Both the position numbers and the translations under genes were made by a program. A model generated the notes under the pieces. That model worked only from the letters and a program-made list of their open reading frames with translations. It made no database searches and was not told where the DNA came from. Shown here piece after piece: positions 52,860 to 64,000 of a stretch of DNA of 64,000 bases. The stretch is taken from assembly GCA_964016885.1 (NCBI GenBank), contig OZ024743.1, forward strand, positions 290,532,001-290,596,000, read 5' to 3'. Position 1 is the first letter of the stretch, and each line of letters opens with the position of its first letter. Source of the stretch: Eledone cirrhosa (Eukaryota).

Positions 52860-53886
52860 GATGAATATAAAATGAAAGTGCTTTCATAAATGAATTTATT
52901 AGGTATTGGCAAATGTTTCTGTAACAGACAGACTACCTATGTATCACTGCTTGCGTAATCATATAATGTTAGCAAGTATTCGATAGCAAATGTATAATCA
53001 GTTGTCACTTCTTCAGAGATATTGGATAAAGTGAAAAAAATCAGAAATATTGAAGTATTTATATTAATTGTAAGAAAGGAAGAAGAGAGGGGATAGTATA
53101 TGACACATGTCAATTCATGTTACTTGTAAACAAGTATATAAAATATTTTTTATTGAGAATACAATGAGTATATGGCTTATTTTATCGAAATAAGAATATT
53201 TGGGAGTGCCTATTTTAATCTATATTTGACCAATTGAACAATGGACAGGGCTAGTCGTTTGGTGTAGTAGTATTAATACAGGTATAAAGTGTCAAGTAAG
53301 GAAAAGGGAGATTTTCACTGCTACTGTATAACAACAATGCTGGTAGCTTGCTGGTATATGCATTAGGGAATTGAATTAAGAAATCTCATTTTATCTATAG
53401 CAGTTTATATTAAATGGTAAAGAATAGAAGAGTTGATAGAATTAAGACTGCATATTTCCAAGGACAGGAATTTTGTAAATTGTGTAATATGGAATTATTT
53501 TGTATTATGAAATCCAAAAATATTTTATTAAATAACAGAATAGAGCGATCGTTATACTGTAACCATCGCTTGAAATCTACATTTTCATATTACAAACGCT
53601 ACCAGGATTGAACGCCTGTCTCCATCTCCGTTTGATTGTCAAAATACATATTAACATTCTCTATTAGTCTTAATTCTATCAACTCTTCTATACTTTACCA
53701 TTTAATATAAACTGCTATAGATAAAATGAGATTTCTTAATTCAATTCCCTAATGCATATACCAGCAGGCTACCAGCGTTGTTGTTATACAGTAGCAGTGA
53801 AAAATCTCCCTTTTCCTTACTTGACACTTTATACCTGTATTAATCTTACTACACCAAACGACCAGCTCTGCCCATTGTTCAATTGG
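52860..53886 (-). mobile_element. PLE-type 3' fragment with ~220-bp inverted duplication (53230-53449 and 53666-53886) and decayed long-stem HHR (52904-53020)
   Basis: Inverted arms read directly; CTGAAGA a gtgaca...tgttac a GAAACATTTGCC on the minus strand. Confidence 0.6.
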
Positions 53887-54298
53887 ACCGACTTCCTTGA
53901 AATTGTAACTATGTATTAATCAGTCTCTTCTTCATAACCTGGGCAAAGAAAATCCAACTTTTTTATGGTCACCATTAGGTGAAAAACTTCATTTTTTCAG
54001 CTTTTTAGGGCTTTTTAGGGCTTTCTTGAGGCGTTAAGTCTAGCCGATATTCCCGAAATTTCAAGGCATATTTTGCACATGAAAAAAATTCATTTTCTTG
54101 ATCCCTATAGCCCGCATTAGGTGAAAGGTGCATGTTTACTGCTTCGTCGAGAAAAGTCTTAATGATTATCTAGCCATCAGTGTATTTGGTTTATTTTCTT
54201 TATATATTGTCCAGACACGCAGTTTTTCCACGATTAGATATGTTGGCGGCCCGCGTTCCAAAATACCTTGCCCCGTGCAACGTCGAGTACGACTGCTA

Positions 54299-54386
<88 letters not shown>

Positions 54387-54389
<3 letters not shown>

Positions 54390-54590
54390 TAAAACAACAA
54401 ACCCACCATCTCAATTCTACTTTTGAAAAGCACAAGAACTGCGAAACCGGTAAAGGAACCAAATAAATATATTTTTATAAAAAAAAGATTCCAGTTGCAT
54501 TTTCGATTTCATCTTTTTTCTTTATACTTTCACTCGTGTAGGACACCTTGTTTTTTTTCATTTTATAAAAAAACCTCACATTCTAATATA
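54387..54590 (+). repeat. family E copy
   Basis: Direct match to 46745-46950. Confidence 0.85.
54420..54455 (+). ncRNA. minimal hammerhead-like motif, U3-A8 variant
   Basis: ctt TTGAAAA gcac-aagaa-ctgc GAA accggt a aag. Palindromic stem III, GUA site. Confidence 0.6.
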
Positions 54591-54629
54591 TATATAACAC
54601 ATCCACACACACACACATATATATATATA

Positions 54630-55352
54630 TCAACTAGAAATAGATTGACATATATATATATATATAAAATAACATATGAAACAATCAGGGGGAATAATTT
54701 GTAAAGAATGTAAGCACACATAGCTAGGTAGGTAACCAATTAAAATTTAACTAGAACTTCAAATATAGATACCTTTTAAAATGATTAATCACTTTAGTAT
54801 ATATTTCTTTAAGTAAGATATATTTCACCTATTAATCCGTAAATCACAGCAGTTAAATTCTTGAATGTTCACCAAAGCAAATGCAAATCTGTGAATGACT
54901 CTAACCACGTGTTGAATTTAAAAAAAACAACACAAATTGCCCAACGTAATCTCAGTCGCGTGAATACGACCATCGACAGCCAGAAATAGCAGCCGAGCCT
55001 ATTCAACTGAATTAGCTCAACAATCAATATATATACAAAATTAAAATTAAGGGTTGTCATGTCTGAGAGACAAGCGCCATATCCATCGTAGAATAAGCTC
55101 AAAGATTAGATCCGAGCTTTACATATCAAAATGTAATTCATTACATATCAGAATTTAACTGCTGTGATTTACGGATTAATAGGTGAAATATATTTCTTAC
55201 TTAAAGAAATATATACAAAGGATATTAATCATTTTAAAAGGTATCTATATTTGAAGTTCTAGTTAAACTTTAATTGGTTACCTACCTAGTTATGTGTGCT
55301 TACATTCTTTACAAATTATTCCCTGTGATTGTTTCATATGTTTATTTTATAT
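54630..55352. repeat. family F: minus-strand unit with ~200-bp inverted duplication (54660-54861 and 55150-55352)
   Basis: Arms read directly; homologous to 57997-58620. Confidence 0.85.
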
Positions 55353-55379
55353 ATATATACTAGCAGAATTGCTCGGGAT

Positions 55380-55860
55380 TTTCTCTAGGGTTCTTATATA
55401 TTTGATATATATTTATCCTTATCGAGCCTCGTGAAATAAATACGTTTGTTTATATTTTGTTATTGTGTATGCAACAATAGCTGTCCATGAATATATAATT
55501 ATATATATATATATATTAAAATAACAGATTAAAGTTTAAGCAAAGAATCACTAAAACTAAAAAAATCAATCTGTGAACGCAGAAAACGAATCGCTGCTTT
55601 CACCCTTAACAGGATATTCTACCTAAAAGCAGTATGAAGTACACTAAGACTAACTGATGTAATATTTGGCCTTGTTTGTTTATATTTTGTTTTTGTGTAT
55701 GCAAAAATATCTGTACATGAATATCTATATTAAAATATCATATTAATGTTTAAGCAAATAATCGTTGCTTTCAACCTTAACGGGATCTTCTTAAACTAAA
55801 CAAATCAATCTGGAAATCAGGAAGACGATACTTTCGTTCGTGAAGACGTTCCCTGGCATA
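55380..55860. repeat. decayed family A fragments
   Basis: acagattaaagtttaagcaaagaatc, cgctgctttcacccttaac, ggaagacgatact. Confidence 0.7.
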
Positions 55861-55869
55861 AAAATATAT

Positions 55870-56200
55870 ACACACACACACACTGATCGCGTCATAATGA
55901 CGTAATGCAGACAGTCAGGCATACAGACAGATATTATGAAGGCGCGACGTCATATTTATGTATATATCTAAAAAGAGAAAGACTAAGAGAAAGAGAAAGA
56001 GATAGCTAAATCGCCTAATGCGGTCCCTAGGGCATTGACAATTTGAATTTTTCGGGGCCATAAGAGTTACATGTGTAAAGTTTGAAAGAAACGGGTGCGT
56101 ACTTCTCGAGTTTTCGGGAAACAGACACACAGACAGACATCCTCTGTTTTATATATAGAGACCAGCAGAAAACCACCCGGTTGGCGGTTTACTGCTAGCA
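55870..56200 (-). mobile_element. possible non-autonomous Helitron-like element
   Basis: Minus strand begins tctatatataaaacagaggatgtctgtctgtgtgtctg (TC start typical of Helitron-N). An adjacent hairpin ends ...ttactgctag. Confidence 0.4.
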
Positions 56201-56699
56201 AATCTAGTGTATATACTGATATTGTTGAGATTTGGATGAGAAATGTTTTCGGCACCACATGTTCACCGTCTCTTGGTGTGTCTTTTATGCATGTATAAAT
56301 ATATATGTTATCTATACGGTGAAATCTTTGAAATAAATATATGTTAAAACGAAAAAGGAGAAAAAGAGATTAGTGACGGAAATATAAACGTTATGATACA
56401 TAAACGTTATGATATAACGATGAAAATATATCTTCAAATGGTCATTGGCATGGTGTCAAGTCATAACCGCCTCGAACTGGTTACTTCTGGCTTGTGCAAG
56501 GTGACTCTATAGCAACCAGCGATTCCCTCGGCCTCAGTGACCAAAGTCAGTGGAGAGTGGAAGGTAATGTTTCTATAGCGACAGTGTTTCTCTTGGTAGT
56601 ACCACAGTGGAGAAAGGAAGGGGAAGGTAATATTTCTGTAGCACCTACATTTGAGTTTTAGGGAAGGACAGACAGACAGACAGACAAACAGAGAAATGC

Positions 56700-56756
56700 C
56701 CGTATATTTCTGTGTGTATATATATATACATATATATATATATATACATATATATA

Positions 56757-56851
<95 letters not shown>

Positions 56852-56876
56852 CACACACAGAAATGTATAGATTTTC

Positions 56877-56909
<33 letters not shown>

Positions 56910-57360
56910 TACACACACAAAAATGTATATATATTTCTGTGTGTGTATATATATATATATTACAGACACAGAAATGTATATATATTTATGTGTGTATATA
57001 TATATATTTCTGTGTGTGTATATATATATATAATTGTTTCTACTTTTGGCACAAGGCCAGCAATTACCCAGTACATTACTGGTACTTTGTTTTATCGACC
57101 CCGTAAGGATAAAAGGCAAAGTTAACCTCGGCGGGATTTGAGCACCGACCGTAAAGGGACGTAACTATGATGGAAAGCATGGCGTCCGACTCTCTACTGA
57201 TACTGCCAATCCACCGCCCTATATATATATATATTTCACACACAGAAATGTATATATATTGCTGTGTGTATATATATATATTACACACACAAAAATGTAT
57301 ATATATTTCTGTGTGTGTATATATATATATATTACACACACAGAAATGTATATATATTTC
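56700..57360. repeat. (TA)n plus tandem self-complementary ~45-bp minisatellite
   Basis: Repeated acacacagaaatgtatatatatttctgtgtgtgtatata units. Confidence 0.8.
57030..57220 (-). mobile_element. SINE S1
   Basis: Reverse-complement match, full length. Confidence 0.88.
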
Positions 57361-57492
57361 TTAGAACAAAATTATTATTAATGTTTTGCTGTTCATAACA
57401 ATTGGAATTGAACAATTAATTTTGAAATTATTAGTTATTTTACTAATGCTTAGATATGTAAAAATGAAAAAGATATGTAAACAATTTTTTTA

Positions 57493-57686
57493 ATAATTGT
57501 TTATACTTTTAGCACAAGGCCAGCAAATTAACCAGTACATTACTTGTACTTTATTTTATTGACCCCGTGAGGATGAAAGGCAAAGTTAACCTCAGCGGTA
57601 TTTGAACTCAGACCGTAAAGGGACGTAACTCCATGCTATGAAGCATGGTGTCCAACTCTCTACATATTCTGCCAATCCACCGCCCT
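57493..57686 (-). mobile_element. SINE S1
   Basis: Reverse-complement match, full length. Confidence 0.85.
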
Positions 57687-57996
57687 AATGTATGTACGTA
57701 ATGAGGGAGTGAGAGGGGAGAGAAAGAAAAGCAGAGGTGAAGTGACGATGTGACTCTCTCCTCCTCCTCCTCCACCTCCTCCTCCACCTCCTCCTCCTCC
57801 ATCTCCCCATTCGTCACAGCGATAGAGGGGAGGAATGTTAGTGTGTTACAAAGAGAAAGAGTGAGAGTGAGAGAAACCGACAGACTAAAAGAGAGGGATA
57901 GCTGGAGAGAGAGAGAGATATAGCAACCACGCGCGCACGTGTTTCCACTGTCGGACAGACAGACAGAGAAATTGCTGGTTAAATATTATAAGGAGA

Positions 57997-58620
57997 TATG
58001 TCAATCTATTTCTAGTTGATATGTAATGCTCGGATCTAATCTTTGAGCTTATTCTACGGTGGATATGGCGCATGTCTCTCAGACATGACAACCCTTAATT
58101 TCAATTTTGGATATATATACGGCCCCTTGATTGTTCAGCTAATTCAGTTGAATAGGCTCGGCTGCTATTTCTGGCTGTCGATGGTCCTATTCACGCCACT
58201 GGGATGACGTTGGGCAATGTGTGTATTTATTTTTTAAATGCGACACGTGGTTCGAGTCAATCACAGATTTGCATTTTCTTTGTAAACGCAGATGGTTATC
58301 TTCTTCTCCTTTGGTGAACATCCAACAATTTAACTGCTGTGATTTACGGATTAATAGGTGAAATATATTTCTTACTTAAAGAAATATATACAAAGGAGAT
58401 TAATCATTTTAAAAGGTATCTATATTTGAAGTTCTAGTTAAACTTTAATAGGTTACCTATGTGTGCTTACATTCTTTACAAATTATTCCCTGTGATTGTT
58501 TCATATGTTTATTTTATATATATATCAATCTATTTCTAGTTGATATGTAATGCTTGGATCTAATCTTTGAGCTTATTCTACGGTGGATATGGCAACCCTT
58601 AATTTTAATTTTGGATATAT
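57997..58620 (+). repeat. family F: one ~525-bp unit followed by a partial tandem restart
   Basis: tcaatctatttctagttgatatgtaatgct occurs at 58001 and again at ~58524. Confidence 0.85.
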
Positions 58621-58695
58621 ATATACATATATTGATTCATAATATTAATAAATATAGATATTCAACGTAATCAAAATATATTTCATTATATATAA

Positions 58696-58885
58696 AGGGC
58701 GGTGGATTGGCAGTATCGGTAGAGGGTCGGACGCCATGCTTTCCAGCATAGTTACGTCCCTTTACGATCTGAGTTCAAATCCCGCCGAGGTTGACTTTGC
58801 CTTTCATCCTTACGGGGTCGATAAAATAAAGTACCAGTAATGCACTGGGTAATTGCTGGCCTTGTGCCAAAAGTAGAAACAATTA
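58696..58885 (+). mobile_element. SINE S1 (full length)
   Basis: Match to S1. Confidence 0.9.
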
Positions 58886-59250
58886 TATATATTTCGGAGG
58901 TACTGTGCTGTTTTTTTAGTACGTCCTCATCAAATAAATTATATAAATTGATGTATGACATACCTCAACTGTGCTGATATTTCAATTCCAGACTTGGTAG
59001 TTAGTACCTCTGAAATATATATAATAAAATATATTTTGATTACATTGAATGTCTATATTTATTTATATTATGAATTAATAATAATAACTCCAGAAAACTT
59101 AACTGTTTAGTGCTTCTAATCTATTGTAAAACTATATTCATTGATTAATCAATGAACGTTGTTTAACTTTTGGTTATATATACATATATTTATATATATA
59201 CATACATATATATACACATGCATATATACATATATATATATATATGTATA

Positions 59251-59335
<85 letters not shown>

Positions 59336-62300
59336 GATAATATATGTATGTATGCATATGTGTGTGCGTTTTGAAATAACGACTTGTGGTTTTGTATGAA
59401 TAAAAGGAATTTATATAATGTAAAACATAATTTAACACAAACCAAAACTCAGTTGTTTATAACTTCCGATATATTATTTCAAACATTCCCGGCAAACTTT
59501 CTAAGAGATAATTTCCAGCTAGTCTTAATCTAGAACCATACTGAGAGTATTGTTTTTAATTTGGCGCAAACCACAGATATCTCATTAAGTTTTGTGACTG
59601 CTAATAGCTCTTCATATTTTATTCATATATGTTTGGCGCAATTTCATTTTGCACGTCTTCTATTTGTTACTCTACTTGTTATTTCTTTCTTTGCAGAAAT
59701 GGTCTTAATACATTTCCTCCTGTAATTGTGTAAAGAATATTTTAAGAACCAATCAACGTGTTTATGTATTGTTGTATGCGCTGATTAGTATATGAAGTAC
59801 CTTGACAAAAGACCACCCTTTCTCAATTATAGATTACTTTCTTCAAATATATTTATTTTTTGTATTCTGGAGGTGTACTTGTCTGAGACAAAAACATTTA
59901 CTTCGCAGAAGAGCCGCTTTAGCCATTCAACAATGTTGAATGCCTAACACTACTCTACCACGACATATTTGTTCATCTCATTTTCCTTAGCTAGAGGAAC
60001 GGAAGTGTTGAAACCACAGCTTTAAGATGATGCCGGTTGGGTAAATGAGGTGCTTGATATTTAACTTAAACATTTATACGTAAATGTATTTTGGAATCAT
60101 TCGAATTAAAATTATATCCAGCTTGTTTGTTTATCAGGGCATTTAACAAGTGACAAATGGTCGAGTGTCAGTTGCTGACCCTAATCTAATGATTTTAAAT
60201 TTGTATTATTAATATTATGTCTACTTTTGATGTAACCTAAACTCTGTGAACTGAAAGGTATGTTATTATAGTTGAGATGTACTTTTAATCCAGTTGCACT
60301 TTTAATGAGTAAAATATCTTGGCTAAATTATGTTCTGTTAAGAAATATTAAAGGTACCTTTTGAAAAATTATTTTTTTTAAAGATTTTCTACGTAGATTC
60401 TCTACATAAATTATAAGCGGAAACTAAGGTCATGTATTTTGTTGACTATGTCAGGTTAATTTGTGTAATGTTTATTACAATGAATTTATAAGAGTTTCAA
60501 TATCATTTTCTGATGTGACCTGTTCATTGGTTTGCAGCTATTGGTGAACAATTTATATTCATTGCCGAAAGTAATGTTCAAGTTCGCATTACAAAGAAAC
60601 AAAGTAATTCAGGTGTTTCGTACAATGGTTTCAAAATGAAGATATCTGTTCCCGAAATATTAAAGAAAACTAAGTCATGATATTACCAGCAGTTTAGAAG
60701 GAACAGCGGGTGCTAATTCTTGCTTATTTGGATTTATAAACGTCAAATGAATGTGGCGGAATGCCACTAATATATAATATAAGGAAACCGTCTTCAAATA
60801 AGAAAATCATGTTCAAATTATTCAAAACGCGGTCAAACGTCCGAATAATTATATCATGATGTCCTATAGATATAACAGGACATTTAATATGTTTGCTTAG
60901 GGAATAATAAATTATAAATGAATATTACTCAACGTCTTTAGCCCAACGTTCCACATCAATATTCCTAAAATGCGTGCACCGCACACGGACTGGACAAATT
61001 TAGTATATAGCCCAGTATATATGGACCAATATAGCTTCCTATGTCCCGCAAAATATTAACAGAATCCACCATCAGAAATACTGTTCAAGATTTCATATGA
61101 TGGAAGATATGTGAAATGACCATCTTCTACATAAAAGTTCATATGTTGTGTATCGTGTTTCTATTTCTATGAATGACGTATTTTGCAGAATCGTGTTTGC
61201 GGTTTGATCTTGCTTTATATTTTGTTGTTCTTGGTGAAAGAGTTTGTAGTAATCATTGCTATGTCTATAATTATGTGTAGTAATCATTGATATGTCTATA
61301 GTTATTTGTAGTTATCATAGCATAGGGAGCCAGTACTAGTTTCCTGGTGTAACATAGGAACAGAAGTTGGTATATGATCTGCTTTTATGTGGTTTATATA
61401 CTTTGCTACTTGATGCAGTTTTTACTTCTGTAAAATTGTTATGTTAGATTACTCTTAATCAGTATGGCTGATTTAGTTGCGTAATTAGGGGATCTTTTAG
61501 TCTTACTTTACAAAAATACATTTTTCCTATATGTTTAATAGCTATGTTGTTGAAATCAATATTACTTAATAATAATTTATTATAATTATATTAACAGCCA
61601 TGGTAACTAACGGTGAAAGTGGTTTTAGCAAACATTCTGGAAATATATGAATCTGTTTGTATTGACCAGTGATGTATAATTTGTGCTGCAACAATTTTAA
61701 TGAGAGAAGTGAAGGAATTGTTTTTCATTATTTGGGGATAGGTAAATATGTTTGTACATGGCATGGTCCTGTAAATCCCGAGGGAGTTGTTGGGGTGACA
61801 TATTGATATAAGCGTTTCTATGGCATAGTTAAATCTGGCGGATCCTGATTATCTCCACGTTTGAATAAAGCAGATTTCTTCCAGCGAAGGATAAAATAAA
61901 AGAATGGAAGTAAACAAATATATATATAAAGAAGAAGGATCGACTCCGGTACTTGAGTTGTACATAGTATTGATCTCGAATGGAAGAATAGCAAAGTTGA
62001 TCACAGAGGGATCTGAAATCAGAGTGCAGACACAAAACGAATATCACAAAGATATCTATATGAAGTTCTAACGCTAATTTGCAGCCAAATATGTTACTAA
62101 AATAATACATGTGAGTTGGATTTTAAGGGGTCGAATGAATTTAATTTATGGTGCAAGCCTGCTGTTATCGTTTTCGTTCTTGAATCACTGTACATACTAC
62201 ACAATGATGGTGTTCTGCGTTTTTAAGTTTTAATCGGCGGAGTTAAATAATGTCTATGCTAGAATGCTTTCATGATGTTGCTAAACAATTTACTTAATAA

Positions 62301-62915
62301 TTTAATTTCTAATGTTTACCGAAGATGGCCAGATACTAGTGTAGTTTGTGTGTTCATGGGAGTGTGTGCTGGTTAACAGTTAAATACATCATGACCTTTC
62401 GTCTAACCTATTGTTTCATTCTAGTCTATGATGAAGGACTAATGTTCAAAAGGTTAAACCTCCTTTTTTGTTATATCAAACGTCAAAATAATATATATCA
62501 TCACTTTGCTGTATTGTCATCTTGCACTGTTTTTCGTTGTTGTCTCGTGTGCTTTTATGTGTGAAAGTATTCGATATGGGCTATGTTTAGATGTATTGTT
62601 TCCATCAAATCTTTCTCGATCGATCAGCATTGTTGGTAATGTCACATTCACCTTATTCCTGCCAACATTTATACAGGACAACTTTATCAAGTCTCTAATT
62701 TCGTATTTGGTATAAAGATATGTCGTTTATGTGATTCTTCTGTTCATTTAAAAGAGTAGAGCAACGCCGTATAGACAATATCCTCGTTTACAAGTTGAGT
62801 GGGAATGAACTGTATCTCCTTGAAACCAACCACGATCCACAAGTCGTAGTTGATTCTAGAGACATGAACCACTTAATGACATATTCAGTGTGAACTTTGA
62901 AGTATATGATGCATT

Positions 62916-63103
62916 GGTGGATTGGCAGTATCGGTAGAGAGTCGTTCGCCATGCTTTGAGCATAGAGTTACCTTCCTTTATGGTCTGAGTTCAAATCCCG
63001 CCGAGGGTAACTTTGCCTTTCATCCTTACAGGGTCGATAAAAATAATGTACCAGTAATACACTGGGGTAATTCCTGGCCTTGTGCCAACAGTAGAAACAA
63101 TTA
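62916..63103 (+). mobile_element. SINE S1
   Basis: Match to S1. Confidence 0.88.
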
Positions 63104-63807
63104 TATATATGTACACACGCGCGCGCGGACATGTCATACATATGTTTTTTTCCTATGAATTGCAAAAGTGATAACCATCTTAAACCGGGTTTGATGCCTA
63201 TCTAGGCTTTCATCAGAAGACATACACATAGTCTAAAAAACTCAATCGAATGTTTAATAGGGGATTGTATAAGGTATTCCTTATAGTAATATCGTGAAAA
63301 CGATAAAAGTGTTCTTAACAATTCAATTTGTAGAGACCTACATATATCTCGAATGTTTCAGTGCGTATGTTCTAAATATGCATAAGCTTATATACACATT
63401 TAGGTAGTCGGGATTAATTCTGTATACATAAAAATATAACGGTCTTAACTGCTGCAGCTGCTTGACGCACAATTTAATGTATAACTAAATTAACTATCAG
63501 CATGAGGCCTAATAATATTCAAATGAGCACTTCAATTTAAAACCATGTAATTGACAGGGTTTAAAAGCACATTTATTACTTATTACCTGGTTGTTTTTAA
63601 GATTATATATTTGACCTCTGGTGACCAACAAACTGGGCGTTTAAATCAGGTAACGCTGTTTATAATTTATTTTTCAATTAGCAAGGAAACACATTCATTT
63701 ACCCTATTTGCTTGCCTATATACGAAAAATAAATAGATTCGTCCTCTTCTATTCTGTATATATTCAGATTTAATTCTATCATATAATTCGGCTGCATAGT
63801 GCATAAA

Positions 63808-64000
<193 letters not shown>

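Noticed and set aside
59460-62900. Unique-looking sequence that might hold host exons
   Set aside because: Only short ORFs without recognisable motifs; cannot be supported without transcript data.

Overview
AT-rich, repeat-dominated animal genomic DNA. The SINE families and microsatellite load suggest a cephalopod or other mollusc, but this is inference. No host gene could be confidently identified. The window holds two head-to-tail R4/Dong-like non-LTR retrotransposons in a (TAA)n tract and a young Penelope-like element (PLE) with an unbroken 768-codon RT+GIY-YIG frame and apparently identical 281-bp inverted pseudo-LTRs. It also holds a decayed Neptune-type PLE, several PLE 3' fragments, a decayed Helitron, RTE LINE fragments, about 14 tRNA-derived SINE copies or units and many (TA)n tracts. 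The most striking signal is a dense set of hammerhead-ribozyme (HHR) folds, read by eye, in about ten sequence-distinct PLE-type repeats. Many sit in fold-back palindromes with one HHR on each strand. Several have non-canonical cores (U4C, U4A, compensatory U3-A8) or a ~100-nt stem II. All ribozyme calls are structural predictions and none has been tested.
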